Positions 7,419 through 16,558 of a stretch of DNA of 32,000 nt are shown piece by piece. Numbering within the stretch: position 1 is the first letter of the stretch; each line of letters opens with the position of its first letter. The DNA is taken from NCBI GenBank assembly GCA_003345555.1, contig PRDJ01000073.1, forward strand, positions 2,397 through 34,396. The letters run 5' to 3'. The DNA comes from Candidatus Thorarchaeota archaeon. Its GTDB lineage: Archaea > Asgardarchaeota > Thorarchaeia > Thorarchaeales > Thorarchaeaceae. The notes under the pieces are model-generated. The model did no database searches. It saw only the letters and a program-made list of their open reading frames with translations, and was not told where the DNA came from. The translations under genes and the position numbers were made by a program.

Positions 7419-9128
7419 ATGCCAAAGCCATCCAATCCACTAATCGTACAGTCTGACAAGTCTGTTCTGCTTGAGGTCGACAATCCCCTCTACGAGAAGG
7501 CGAGGGACTCCTTGGCCCGTTTTGCAGAACTAGTCAAGAGCCCAGAGTACGTCCATACATACAGGATTACACCCCTCAGCCTCTGGAATGCAGCCGCAGC
7601 AGGGATGAAACCGGATGCCGTCGTACAGGCTCTTGAACAATACGCCAAGTATCCCATTCCAGGTAACATTGCTCGCGAGATCCTCGACTATATGAGCCGG
7701 TATGGCCAGCTGTCGCTTCTGAAAGAGGGAGACAGGCTCATTCTCTCATGTGCGAACGATGATCTTGCCGAAGAGATTTGGGCTAACACGAAGGTCCGGG
7801 AGCTTCTGTTAGACAGACTAGACAAGACTAGGATGCTCGTAGATCCAGCTCAGAGAGGTTTCGTCAAACAGATACTCCTTGATTTCGGCCATCCCGTTGA
7901 CGACATTGCGGGATACGTCAAAGGTGAGGAACTGCCCTTCGAACTGCGTTCTACCACCCTCGGGGGAAGACCATTCAAGTTGAGGGCCTATCAGCAAGAT
8001 GCTGCGGCCACGTTTTATGCAGGTGGAGGAATAACAGGAGGCTCGGGCGTGGTCGTGCTGCCATGCGGATCCGGAAAGACAATGGTGGGCATGGGCATCA
8101 TGCACGAACTCCAGACCTCAACTCTGATATTGTGTCCCAACGTTGTTGCAGTGCGTCAGTGGATAGCAGAACTGCTCGACAAGACCACCCTCACGCCAGA
8201 GCAAATAGGAGAATATACTGGCGACAACAAGAACGTGCGCCCTATCACTGTCGCAACCTACCAAATACTAACGTGGCGCAGGTCGAGGGAGGAAGAATTC
8301 GAGCATTTCAAGATCTTCGAGGCCAGAAAATGGGGTCTAATCATATACGACGAAGTGCATCTTCTTCCTGCCCCAGTATTCAGAGTGACTGCATCCATAC
8401 AAGCGACAAGGAGACTAGGCCTCACTGCAACACTTGTCAGGGAAGATGAGAGGGAAGAAGACGTCTTCAGTCTCATAGGGCCAAAAAGGTACGACGTTCC
8501 GTGGAAGCAGCTTGAAGATCAAGGCTGGATTGCAACTGCAGTCTGCTATGAGATTCGTGTAGATCTACCTGACAGTCTGAAGCGGAAATATGCAATCGAG
8601 GAGGATCGGAGGAAGTACAGGATTGCAGCGGAGAACCCGGTCAAGCTGGAAGTGCTCCTCAAGATAGTAGCTCACCACCAAAAGGACAACATCCTCATCA
8701 TAGGCATGTACTTGGATCAATTGAAGATCATCGCTGATGAACTGGAAGCCCCACTGATTACGGGAAAGACAGGCAACGACGAGCGCCAGGAACTGTACGA
8801 TGGCTTTCGTCATGGAAAAATCAAGACGCTTGTCGTATCCAAGGTCGCCAATTTCGCTCTGGACCTTCCCGATGCAAATGTGGCAATTCAGGTATCCGGG
8901 ACATTTGGTTCGCGTCAGGAGGAAGCTCAAAGACTGGGGCGAATCCTCAGACCCAAGGTAGACGGCAGTCTGGCGCGCTTCTACTCTATCGTCACGAAGG
9001 ATACTCGTGACATGGACTTCGGGGCAAAGAGACAGCTGTTTCTGACCGAACAAGGATACCAGTACGTCATAGCATCTGCAGATGAAGAAGTCTGGAAACA
9101 GGCACCTGAGTCCCTTTGTGCTGTCTAG
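7419..9128 (+). CDS. xpb: XPB/Rad25/Ssl2-family DNA repair helicase with N-terminal Helicase_C_3 domain
   Basis: LRAYQ Q-motif; VVLPCGSGKT Walker A; IIYDEVH; LGLTATLVRED; motif VI EEAQRLGRILRPK; N-terminal PLIVQSD...FAELVKSPE domain. ATG 7419 is the likely start (track start 7383). Confidence 0.93.
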   Translation: MPKPSNPLIVQSDKSVLLEVDNPLYEKARDSLARFAELVKSPEYVHTYRITPLSLWNAAAAGMKPDAVVQALEQYAKYPIPGNIAREILDYMSRYGQLSLLKEGDRLILSCANDDLAEEIWANTKVRELLLDRLDKTRMLVDPAQRGFVKQILLDFGHPVDDIAGYVKGEELPFELRSTTLGGRPFKLRAYQQDAAATFYAGGGITGGSGVVVLPCGSGKTMVGMGIMHELQTSTLILCPNVVAVRQWIAELLDKTTLTPEQIGEYTGDNKNVRPITVATYQILTWRRSREEEFEHFKIFEARKWGLIIYDEVHLLPAPVFRVTASIQATRRLGLTATLVREDEREEDVFSLIGPKRYDVPWKQLEDQGWIATAVCYEIRVDLPDSLKRKYAIEEDRRKYRIAAENPVKLEVLLKIVAHHQKDNILIIGMYLDQLKIIADELEAPLITGKTGNDERQELYDGFRHGKIKTLVVSKVANFALDLPDANVAIQVSGTFGSRQEEAQRLGRILRPKVDGSLARFYSIVTKDTRDMDFGAKRQLFLTEQGYQYVIASADEEVWKQAPESLCAV

Positions 9129-9203
9129 AATCCGTGGAGTCCAGCCACCCTGAGCATGTCTTCTGCCGGACCTTGGACTGATTGTTCTGTTTGACAGAAT
9201 GGG

Positions 9204-10145
9204 TCAGGTTTGCCTTGTCACCAAGATGGACCTCAGGTAATCCATTTTCTCGTGAATATACCCTAAGACTCTGGGCCCGATATCAGGGGTCACAACCTCA
9301 GGCTCAATCATTTCTCTCTCGAGATTGGCCAAGAAGCATATACTCCAACCGATAGCTGACATTAGAGCTAGCGGCACGAGAGCCTGAATGATTGCGGCCT
9401 CTTCATAGCTCTTGAAGACACCATCGGGGACATGGTGGTGGGTTGCTCCCTCGGCCTGACTGACGAGGTAAGCTAAGTCTAGAAGCGGTTCTCCGATGCT
9501 GCACGATCCCAAATCCAGCAACAGGACCCTATCCGGCTGAATTATGATGTTCGACTCCTGTAGGTCTCCGTGCATAGTCCTGCGGGACCAGACGCATGCA
9601 GCATCGATGCTGCTTCCGAGTTCCTTCGCGGTCACACCAAAGAAACCTGCTGCGGCCGCTAGCTGAGGCGAGAAACCGGTGGAACCTTTCTTGCTACGAA
9701 GGACTTGGTCCGTGATGTGTTTCAGATACTCGGAAGGCTTCTTGTAGGACTGAACTCCTCGTGGATGCAGCTGTGACAGAATCAAAAGCGCCTGCCGCAT
9801 TTTTTCCAAACCAGATGCAGGAATTTGGTCAAGGGATGAAGGTATAGTGCCCTCAGCGTATTCCGCTATGATGAAAGGGGTTCGGAACTCATCATCAAGA
9901 CGATCACATTGAATCGGCTTGGGACAAAGGTCTCTGCGGCGCAGGAAATTCATGACTTCGTATTCGTAACTATACGGGTGTGCCTTATGAGGACCCTTGA
10001 GCACTGGCAACTTCAGAATGTAACGTTGTCTTGGCGTTCGGGCAATCAGAGAAACACTGTCCCAGCCGCCATGGGGTGCAGAATCGAGAGTAAGCGAATC
10101 ACTGCCACGCCATGCTTTGTTGACCAACCTGCCGAGTTCACTCAT
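9204..10145 (-). CDS. Aminoglycoside phosphotransferase/choline kinase-family phosphotransferase
   Basis: YILKLP, EYEVM, Brenner motif HGDLQESNII, and LLLDLGSCSIGEPLLDLA. ATG 10145 (MSELG) is the likely start; the track start at 10262 abuts the neighbouring gene. Confidence 0.8.
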   Translation of the reverse strand: MSELGRLVNKAWRGSDSLTLDSAPHGGWDSVSLIARTPRQRYILKLPVLKGPHKAHPYSYEYEVMNFLRRRDLCPKPIQCDRLDDEFRTPFIIAEYAEGTIPSSLDQIPASGLEKMRQALLILSQLHPRGVQSYKKPSEYLKHITDQVLRSKKGSTGFSPQLAAAAGFFGVTAKELGSSIDAACVWSRRTMHGDLQESNIIIQPDRVLLLDLGSCSIGEPLLDLAYLVSQAEGATHHHVPDGVFKSYEEAAIIQALVPLALMSAIGWSICFLANLEREMIEPEVVTPDIGPRVLGYIHEKMDYLRSILVTRQT

Positions 10146-10265
10146 GTCATGACCGTGTACTTTGGAGATTCTTACCCTCACAGGCCTTTCACCCCAAGAA
10201 ACAAACATGTCTGGAATCTCTCGACCACAAGAGCCCGCTTTCTGGGCCGCTCCACAGTCCAAGCA

Positions 10266-11393
10266 TTAGACTTTCTTGCCTGACAAGATATCCCCTATTG
10301 ACGCCAGCAATGCCGACAGATGGATGAAGGGGTTCTTACCTTGTTTCATTCGGAAATCGATTTCAGCAGTCCTCTGCACCAGTGCGTTTCGTGTCGTCTC
10401 GTCAAGTGACCTCACAGCGATTTCCCTCTGAATCTGAAGACACACCTCGTCCGGAGTATACCCCTCGACGGCCAACAACTGTTTCATCAAGTCTCTGGAT
10501 TCACCAAAGGAACCCTTTGCGGCCAAGGAGACCATACGGCGCACAGCGCTCACGATTCGAGACTCGGAGCATTCATAGACGATGTCTTCGGTGACCTTGG
10601 TCACACCCGCTGCTGAGATTTGAAGAAGGTTCAGGGCACGTCGCATATCACCTGATGACTCTTTAGCGATGGCGGCGAAGGCGGTATCATCTACCTTGAG
10701 GCGTTCTTTCCCAGCAATGTCCTGCAGGAGCCTCATCACGGTCTCGCCTGATAAGGCGGGAAACCTGAGTATCAAGCATCGAGACAAGATTGCAGGACTC
10801 CAGCCCGTCAATGATGGAGTGATTAGTATGAACCGGCAGGCATCGCTGTACATTTCCATAGTCCTGCGGAGCGACTGCTGCATACTCGTATCGAGAGCAT
10901 CGGCTTCGTCGAGGACTAGGTACTTAATCATCTCATTGCTCAGAGTCATTGTGGAAGCAAACATCCTGATAGCTTCGTGCAAGAGTTGACCCTTGTTCGG
11001 CTCGCGAGAGCGGCCCTTGAGAGCAATACCAGTCTTTGCTTCACGATATACTGCAGACATGAACTCATCCAATTCAGTACGCTCGCTTCGGTCCAGTTTT
11101 GCCAAAGCCGTTAGGTCACGCTTAGCTTTTGCGACTGATATATCCTTCAAATCGCGAATATTGAGATACTGGAAGTTTTCTGTGAATGTGTCCCCCAAGA
11201 GATCTCTGGCGAACACCTGGGCAGCACATGACTTACCTGTTCCAGGTGGCCCAAGGAATATCATGTTGTGCGCGGTCTTTGACCTAGCAAGGCCTCTCAA
11301 CTGGCCAATAGTATCATCTTGGCCAACGAACTCATCCCACGTATGTGGGGCGTATTTGATAGACCAGAGAACTGGCTCCAACCATCGCACCAA
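10266..11393 (-). CDS. rfcS: Replication factor C small subunit-like clamp-loader ATPase with a ~50-aa insertion
   Basis: WSIKYAP..EFVGQ (box II); GPPGTGKS; LVLDEADAL; QQSLRRTMEMY; LSRC; GDMRRALNLLQ; C-terminal collar domain. Confidence 0.88.
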   Translation of the reverse strand: MVRWLEPVLWSIKYAPHTWDEFVGQDDTIGQLRGLARSKTAHNMIFLGPPGTGKSCAAQVFARDLLGDTFTENFQYLNIRDLKDISVAKAKRDLTALAKLDRSERTELDEFMSAVYREAKTGIALKGRSREPNKGQLLHEAIRMFASTMTLSNEMIKYLVLDEADALDTSMQQSLRRTMEMYSDACRFILITPSLTGWSPAILSRCLILRFPALSGETVMRLLQDIAGKERLKVDDTAFAAIAKESSGDMRRALNLLQISAAGVTKVTEDIVYECSESRIVSAVRRMVSLAAKGSFGESRDLMKQLLAVEGYTPDEVCLQIQREIAVRSLDETTRNALVQRTAEIDFRMKQGKNPFIHLSALLASIGDILSGKKV

Positions 11394-11531
11394 TCAAAGG
11401 GGCTAGAGCATGACAAGATAAGTTTGCCTTTACCAACCTCGAACGATAACTCATCATCTTTTCTCTACAGGTCATTTGATAGCACAACCAAAATCGTCAT
11501 AAACAGCTGATATGAGCCTCGTTGGTTACAA

Positions 11532-13274
11532 ATGTCGAAGGAAACGCTCGAACAGGAGCTTGAGCACCTTCTAAGAGAGGACCTTCTTGCAGCCTGCCAG
11601 TTCTGGGGAGTACAGGTGACTGGTACTGCCTCAGGGACATCGCTCGTCAAACTCCTTGCTGAGAAGATGAAATCCAAAGAGGGCCGAGACCGCACCTTCC
11701 ATTCCTTTGACCAGAAGGAAACCGACCTGCTCGGAATGCTCACCCTCAGCGGAGGAGCAATGAGCTATGACAGGTTAAAGCCGTACAGGAAAATCTATAG
11801 CTACGGCCAACTGAACCAAACTGAGAGAGATTTACGAAAGAAGGGTGTTATTGTCAGACGCGTAGTCTCTAGGCTCACAGAATATGGTCGGGAAGTCGCC
11901 GAGTTCAAAATCCTCGACTTCCTTGTCCCTCATCTGGTTAGATTCTTCTCGGAGAAGCCCACACCTGTGACCGAGAAACCAAAGTCAATCAGAACAACCA
12001 TCGACTACAGAGACACGCTCTTGGTTGACATGCTCCTCCTTGTGTCCTACCTTGCCAAAGAAGATGTGAAGATGACATCCTCTTGGGAGTTCCCGAGCCG
12101 GGACATCGATCGCGTTATGCAGGCCATGTCGGAGCCCACGACTGACCGGTTTGACCTTGTCCAGAAGGCGGCACGCAAGACGGGTGCATATTCCATCATC
12201 GAGAGTGATAAGGCCGTTCCCTCCAAGGTTGACGTATTGTTCGCCGGACCGCAGGAGCAAGTGGCTCGACGGGTGCTGTTCTCAGCGCTAGGCCGCTCCA
12301 GAGCGATATGGGCAACACCTGACCAGCCGACAGAATACACTCTCAACCTTGCGATATGCCGACTGCGTGAGTGCACCGTTAAGGACTGGATTAGTATCAC
12401 GGAGCTTCGTGATTGGATTCGCGCAGAGCTGTTTGTCGACAATCAGCCATTGAAGTGGATTCAAGTCGACGAAGACCGGGTCAGCACAGCTCTAGAGACT
12501 CCTGTTCTGCTTGGCCTCCTACAGGCCGCATACAAGGGAAAGAAAATCCAAGCAGTCAACTTGACACCAGTCGGCGCAGCCGTCATCGCAAATCAACCCC
12601 TTCCTCCGGCTGAGAGCAGGGAATCATTCTTCGTTCAGCCGAACTTCGAGATTACAGTATTCACATCCGAGATGGATTACTACAAGCTATACCAGCTTAT
12701 GCTTTTCGCCGAACCAGTTAAGACTGATGTCGTAAGCACACTCAGGATTACAGACAAGTCAGTGTTTCAGGCAATAGAGATGGGTCTCAGAGAGAGAGAC
12801 ATTCTGGGATTCCTCGAGAAAGAGAGCAGCAAGCCAGTCCCGGCGAATGTCGTCCGCTCAGTCAAGGATTGGGTCTCCCAAGCCACATTCGTCACGATTT
12901 CCCAAGTGTACATGTTGGAGACGGATAACGAGAAGGACCTCGAGAAGCTCATGCTCATCGAGGATTTCAGACAGAGCGTTGTGAAGAAAGTGGGACCAAC
13001 GGCAGTAGTACTACAGGGCGATGTCGACAATCTGGCCGAGGATCTTCGAAAGCACAAATGCAACATCACGAGGGCCGATAAGAAAAAGGCGGAACTGGAA
13101 GTTACTCCAGGTGCTGCAGTAGCTGAGCAGGTTTTACTCTATGGAGACCAGACAGTGACTGATGCTCCTGCGAACTGCATGGGTTGCCCGGCCCTTCAGT
13201 CCTGCAACAAGGTGGTCAAACGTAAGCGCGGGCATCATGAGGAGAACGTGAGTGAAGAAACCGATACTTCCTGA
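11532..13274 (+). CDS. Helicase-associated (Helicase_C_3 / XPB-NTD-like) domain protein, Tfb2/p52-like, with a C-terminal Cys cluster
   Basis: The segment FFVQPNFEI...FAEPVKTDVVSTLRITDKSVFQAIEMG...PVPANV aligns by eye with the XPB N-terminal domain at 7437-7690. The C-terminus has CMGCPALQSC. Confidence 0.75.
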   Translation: MSKETLEQELEHLLREDLLAACQFWGVQVTGTASGTSLVKLLAEKMKSKEGRDRTFHSFDQKETDLLGMLTLSGGAMSYDRLKPYRKIYSYGQLNQTERDLRKKGVIVRRVVSRLTEYGREVAEFKILDFLVPHLVRFFSEKPTPVTEKPKSIRTTIDYRDTLLVDMLLLVSYLAKEDVKMTSSWEFPSRDIDRVMQAMSEPTTDRFDLVQKAARKTGAYSIIESDKAVPSKVDVLFAGPQEQVARRVLFSALGRSRAIWATPDQPTEYTLNLAICRLRECTVKDWISITELRDWIRAELFVDNQPLKWIQVDEDRVSTALETPVLLGLLQAAYKGKKIQAVNLTPVGAAVIANQPLPPAESRESFFVQPNFEITVFTSEMDYYKLYQLMLFAEPVKTDVVSTLRITDKSVFQAIEMGLRERDILGFLEKESSKPVPANVVRSVKDWVSQATFVTISQVYMLETDNEKDLEKLMLIEDFRQSVVKKVGPTAVVLQGDVDNLAEDLRKHKCNITRADKKKAELEVTPGAAVAEQVLLYGDQTVTDAPANCMGCPALQSCNKVVKRKRGHHEENVSEETDTS

Positions 13275-14286
13275 ACAGTTGATAGGGCATTTCCTAGGAG
13301 TTGGCAGTGTCGGTGAGACTGACCCAAAAGCTCCTCTCGCCTACGTAAAGTCATTGCGAGTACCCTACGCCTATGAACTACCGAGGCTTAGAGAAGAAGA
13401 CATGATCAGGCGGTTCGCCGCGCTCGTGGATGGGTTCGAGGATAAGGGCGATTTCGTCATGGACATCGATATGTACGTGTACCGGGACATCACCGAGGAC
13501 GATTCGCCTCTCTTGCCCGACGAAGCCCATGCACATAGCCTGTACCTGATGACCCAGAATGCATCCTACAATCTCTTCAAGACGCAGCAGCCGGCTCCAG
13601 GCACGATGTGTTTCAGCACGCGGGGAATCGACGGTAGGCAGCTCGTATCCCGAGCAATGTTTCACCTCTACTCTTCTTTGATGTCAAGGGCAGCCATGGG
13701 TCAAATGAAGCATCTGTCCCAGTGTTGCAAGAGTATCATACTGTGCCAGGATGATCCTGCACTTGGGTTCGTGTCAAAGATGCTACATGAAGGAAAAGGA
13801 GAAGACCTAACCTTAAGACAGATTGTTCAGAGTACTGAGAGAGTCTACCCGGTCAATTCGATACCTGCCTACCATTACTGTGATGACTGGAGAGGACTCA
13901 TCGAAGACGATTGGTATGTCCTGTGGGACGGTCAGCCAAGAATCAATCACATCGACTTGGTATCATTCAAGCCTGAGATAGAATCCGACCATGCAGAGAG
14001 ACTGAATTCATTCCTAGAAAGGGGAGGAAGCATTGCCCTGGGAGTCCTACCGAATGTCGACAGTGGCTATTCCAATCCTGTAGTTGAGACGCTCAGGCAG
14101 AATTTGGAAAAGACGCTGCAATTGCTACACGACAGCGGCGTGGATTTGGGTCTCTTGAGTGACCGAGCCATGATCTCAACTCAATGCGGGCTCTCGAGCG
14201 CAAGCAGCTCGCTGTGTAGAGAAATACATGAAAAGAGCAAGGAATTCCCCACTGTCTTCCGGAAAACGATCAAGAGCTTCATTTGA
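13252..14286 (+). CDS. Short (core) cobalamin-independent methionine synthase-like protein (MetE C-terminal/URO-D fold)
   Basis: GVGS, YELPRL, QDDPAL (cf. QxDEP), HYC Zn-ligand motif, IALGVLP, ISTQCGL (cf. P.CGL); 344 aa. GTG start overlaps the upstream gene. Confidence 0.6.
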   Translation: MKKPILPEQLIGHFLGVGSVGETDPKAPLAYVKSLRVPYAYELPRLREEDMIRRFAALVDGFEDKGDFVMDIDMYVYRDITEDDSPLLPDEAHAHSLYLMTQNASYNLFKTQQPAPGTMCFSTRGIDGRQLVSRAMFHLYSSLMSRAAMGQMKHLSQCCKSIILCQDDPALGFVSKMLHEGKGEDLTLRQIVQSTERVYPVNSIPAYHYCDDWRGLIEDDWYVLWDGQPRINHIDLVSFKPEIESDHAERLNSFLERGGSIALGVLPNVDSGYSNPVVETLRQNLEKTLQLLHDSGVDLGLLSDRAMISTQCGLSSASSSLCREIHEKSKEFPTVFRKTIKSFI

Positions 14287-14373
14287 GAAAGTAGCTCGAC
14301 CGTCTTCAGCGGTTCACGAGATATGCTTAATAAAGGCACGAACGGCGCTATCTCGAACGCAGTGGTGCCGCCC

Positions 14374-15204
14374 ATGGCTGAGTCCGTCAAGAAACCGGGT
14401 AGGGTGATGAGCTTTGTTCAGCAGTACAGGCTCAAGATGCTCATCCCTGAACTGCTCGTTGTCTTTGCTGTATGGTACATGAGCCCAAGTTCGCCAACGA
14501 CAAACGTCTATCTGCTTCTCGGGCAGTTCTCCATAATCGCCCAGCCACTGTACTCCATTCCGAGCGGATTGTTGCTTCTTATGACGGCGTTCATGTTGCA
14601 TGGGATTTATCCGTTGGACAACTACCATGAAGGCAAGATTCCGTCACTTCCAAAGGCAGCCGTACCGATGATTCTCCTAGCCTTCTTGTTCTTGCCGCTC
14701 TTGGTGACGCTCCAGATGATGGGATATTTCATGACAGAGGCCACAGAATACCTCGGTCGAAACCCACTCTGGGAACGTGTGGAGAGTGTCGGTGATTTGT
14801 TCTTCTATGCTGGGCCAATGTTCTTCGTAGCATTTCAGTGGTGGCTCTTCATTCCCGTCTTGTTCTTGTCAGAAGCAGTGGATGGTATACACAAGATAGC
14901 CCACCATGAGACGTCCAGTGTGAAGGTAGCTGTAGTATTCTACTTCCTATGGCCCGTTTCAATGCCGTTCTTCTTCGACCCAGTTGAGATCATGGCAATG
15001 GCGGCCTTATCCATTCCGGCCTTCGCTTTCTACTCCTACATCAGGCCCTATTATGCATACGTCACTGCTGTACATACTCTGACATTTGCTCTTCTCGTGG
15101 TAGTAACGATAGTCCTAGGACAGTGGATGCCTTTCGTAAACATGTGGTTCCCTGGATTCATACCACCGCATGTTCCACCGAGAATCTGGCCACCAATATT
15201 GTAG
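14374..15204 (+). CDS. Polytopic integral membrane protein (possibly a degenerate CPBP/Abi-like intramembrane protease)
   Basis: About 7 hydrophobic segments; SEA..G.H..AH and AVHTLT resemble degraded CPBP motifs. ATG 14374 is the likely start (track start 14323). Confidence 0.6.
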   Translation: MAESVKKPGRVMSFVQQYRLKMLIPELLVVFAVWYMSPSSPTTNVYLLLGQFSIIAQPLYSIPSGLLLLMTAFMLHGIYPLDNYHEGKIPSLPKAAVPMILLAFLFLPLLVTLQMMGYFMTEATEYLGRNPLWERVESVGDLFFYAGPMFFVAFQWWLFIPVLFLSEAVDGIHKIAHHETSSVKVAVVFYFLWPVSMPFFFDPVEIMAMAALSIPAFAFYSYIRPYYAYVTAVHTLTFALLVVVTIVLGQWMPFVNMWFPGFIPPHVPPRIWPPIL

Positions 15205-15211
15205 TTATGGA

Positions 15212-15514
15212 TCAATTCATGCTCGCTGAAGTTGGTTTCCGTGTAGCTTCCTCAATGTCTTCCTCACGTAGCTTGTGCTTGAACGGTCTGCCCTGGCCAT
15301 AGATCGTAGGGTCTTCGTTCCTCGTCTTTGACATGATGGCGGTGAAACCGATTATCTGGACCACCAAGGCGGCCATGCTGATGAGGAAAACCTCGGTGAA
15401 GTACTCGTGAGAAAAGAGTCTGAAGAACCATATGGTGGGATACGCGAAAGCTTGGACTATTATCCCTGCCAAGAGCATCATTACCCACCTGTTCGTCCAG
15501 TTGGCACGAGCCAT
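15212..15514 (-). CDS. Small hypothetical membrane protein (two TM helices, charged C-terminal tail)
   Basis: ATG start, two hydrophobic segments, located at the end of the minus-strand membrane gene run. Confidence 0.6.
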   Translation of the reverse strand: MARANWTNRWVMMLLAGIIVQAFAYPTIWFFRLFSHEYFTEVFLISMAALVVQIIGFTAIMSKTRNEDPTIYGQGRPFKHKLREEDIEEATRKPTSASMN

Positions 15515-15592
15515 GCATTGGCAACCTCATTAGAAGTTCTGAGTTGTGCCGCTCGGGCGTGCGATAGTTAAAGATAGCTGTGACGTCAATCT

Positions 15593-16558
15593 CTATGGCT
15601 TGTAGGTCTCTTGAAGTATCCTAACAAGCTCTGCCGCAAGGATTCGGAAATCTGCTTTTGAAACGTATGGCACGTCACTGCTGCGTTTGGGAATATCAAA
15701 TCGCCCAACTACGACCGCGACATCTTTGTCCATAGAGAACTCGAACAATCCGGGGTATTTTGTCCTGAGTCTCACTTGGGTTGTTGCCTTGTCCACTGTC
15801 CCGCCCTTGTAAATCGTGCCTACGAGGTATGGATAGACGAAACCAGACTTAGAAACTTGGACCTTTATCGTGACTGTATCCGGAAGGCCATCCAGATAGG
15901 CCTTGCATTCAGCGCCTAGAATCGTATGCATGTCACCCCGCTCGCCTACCTCGACGCTGACTCCTGCCCTTACGCCCTGAACGCTGGCAAGTTCACGCGA
16001 GAACGCATAGGAATCTCCGGATAGCGGGGGCTTGAAGAAAGTCTTCGGATCAATCTTCACTACCCTGTATCCTACTAGAAAACCAAGCACAGAGACTATA
16101 CCATACTGGACTGCAATCAAGATGAAGGAGTCGACAAGGTTCCCAAAAAGGGGCGGCTGGAACTGTTGGTAAAGTGTGCTCAGTATCCCTAGACCAATCG
16201 AGACGGGAAAGAGTACGCAACAGGTCAGTCCTCCTGCAGCACTGGCATAAAGGTGACCGTAGGCCTTCTCATGCGCCTCAACCATACGTTCATACTCTGA
16301 GAAGTTAACCCAGACTGTCTGGCGTTTCCACTCGCCGGGAATGTAGTCGATTGCTCTTTTTGAACCAGCTCCCATCGAAGCGGAGAACAACAGAACAAGT
16401 ACCGGTATCCCGAAATATGTCACCGACAGAGAGCTCAGGTCGGACGGACTGCTGACCTTGAACCAAAATCCGAGAGCAATGAAGATGGCAACCAGTACCG
16501 GAAAAGCTAGATTAACCATGCGCTGCCTGCTGTAGTCAATAATCCTTTCTTCACTCAT
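15593..16558 (-). CDS. Hypothetical membrane protein, paralog A of a tandem triplet
   Basis: Four TM segments followed by a soluble C-terminal domain; motifs shared with the two upstream genes; 8-bp overlap with the upstream gene. Confidence 0.8.
   Translation of the reverse strand: MSEERIIDYSRQRMVNLAFPVLVAIFIALGFWFKVSSPSDLSSLSVTYFGIPVLVLLFSASMGAGSKRAIDYIPGEWKRQTVWVNFSEYERMVEAHEKAYGHLYASAAGGLTCCVLFPVSIGLGILSTLYQQFQPPLFGNLVDSFILIAVQYGIVSVLGFLVGYRVVKIDPKTFFKPPLSGDSYAFSRELASVQGVRAGVSVEVGERGDMHTILGAECKAYLDGLPDTVTIKVQVSKSGFVYPYLVGTIYKGGTVDKATTQVRLRTKYPGLFEFSMDKDVAVVVGRFDIPKRSSDVPYVSKADFRILAAELVRILQETYKP

Noticed and set aside
8565-9053. Antisense and overlapping ORFs of 60-200 aa in the track (e.g. 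8565-9053, 21158-21769, 22511-22942, 24371-24817)
   Set aside because: They lie wholly within well-supported genes and have no recognisable motifs; treated as shadow ORFs.
10971-11159. Intein in RFC
   Set aside because: The insert lacks an N-terminal Cys/Ser and a C-terminal His-Asn, and is too short and helical for an intein.
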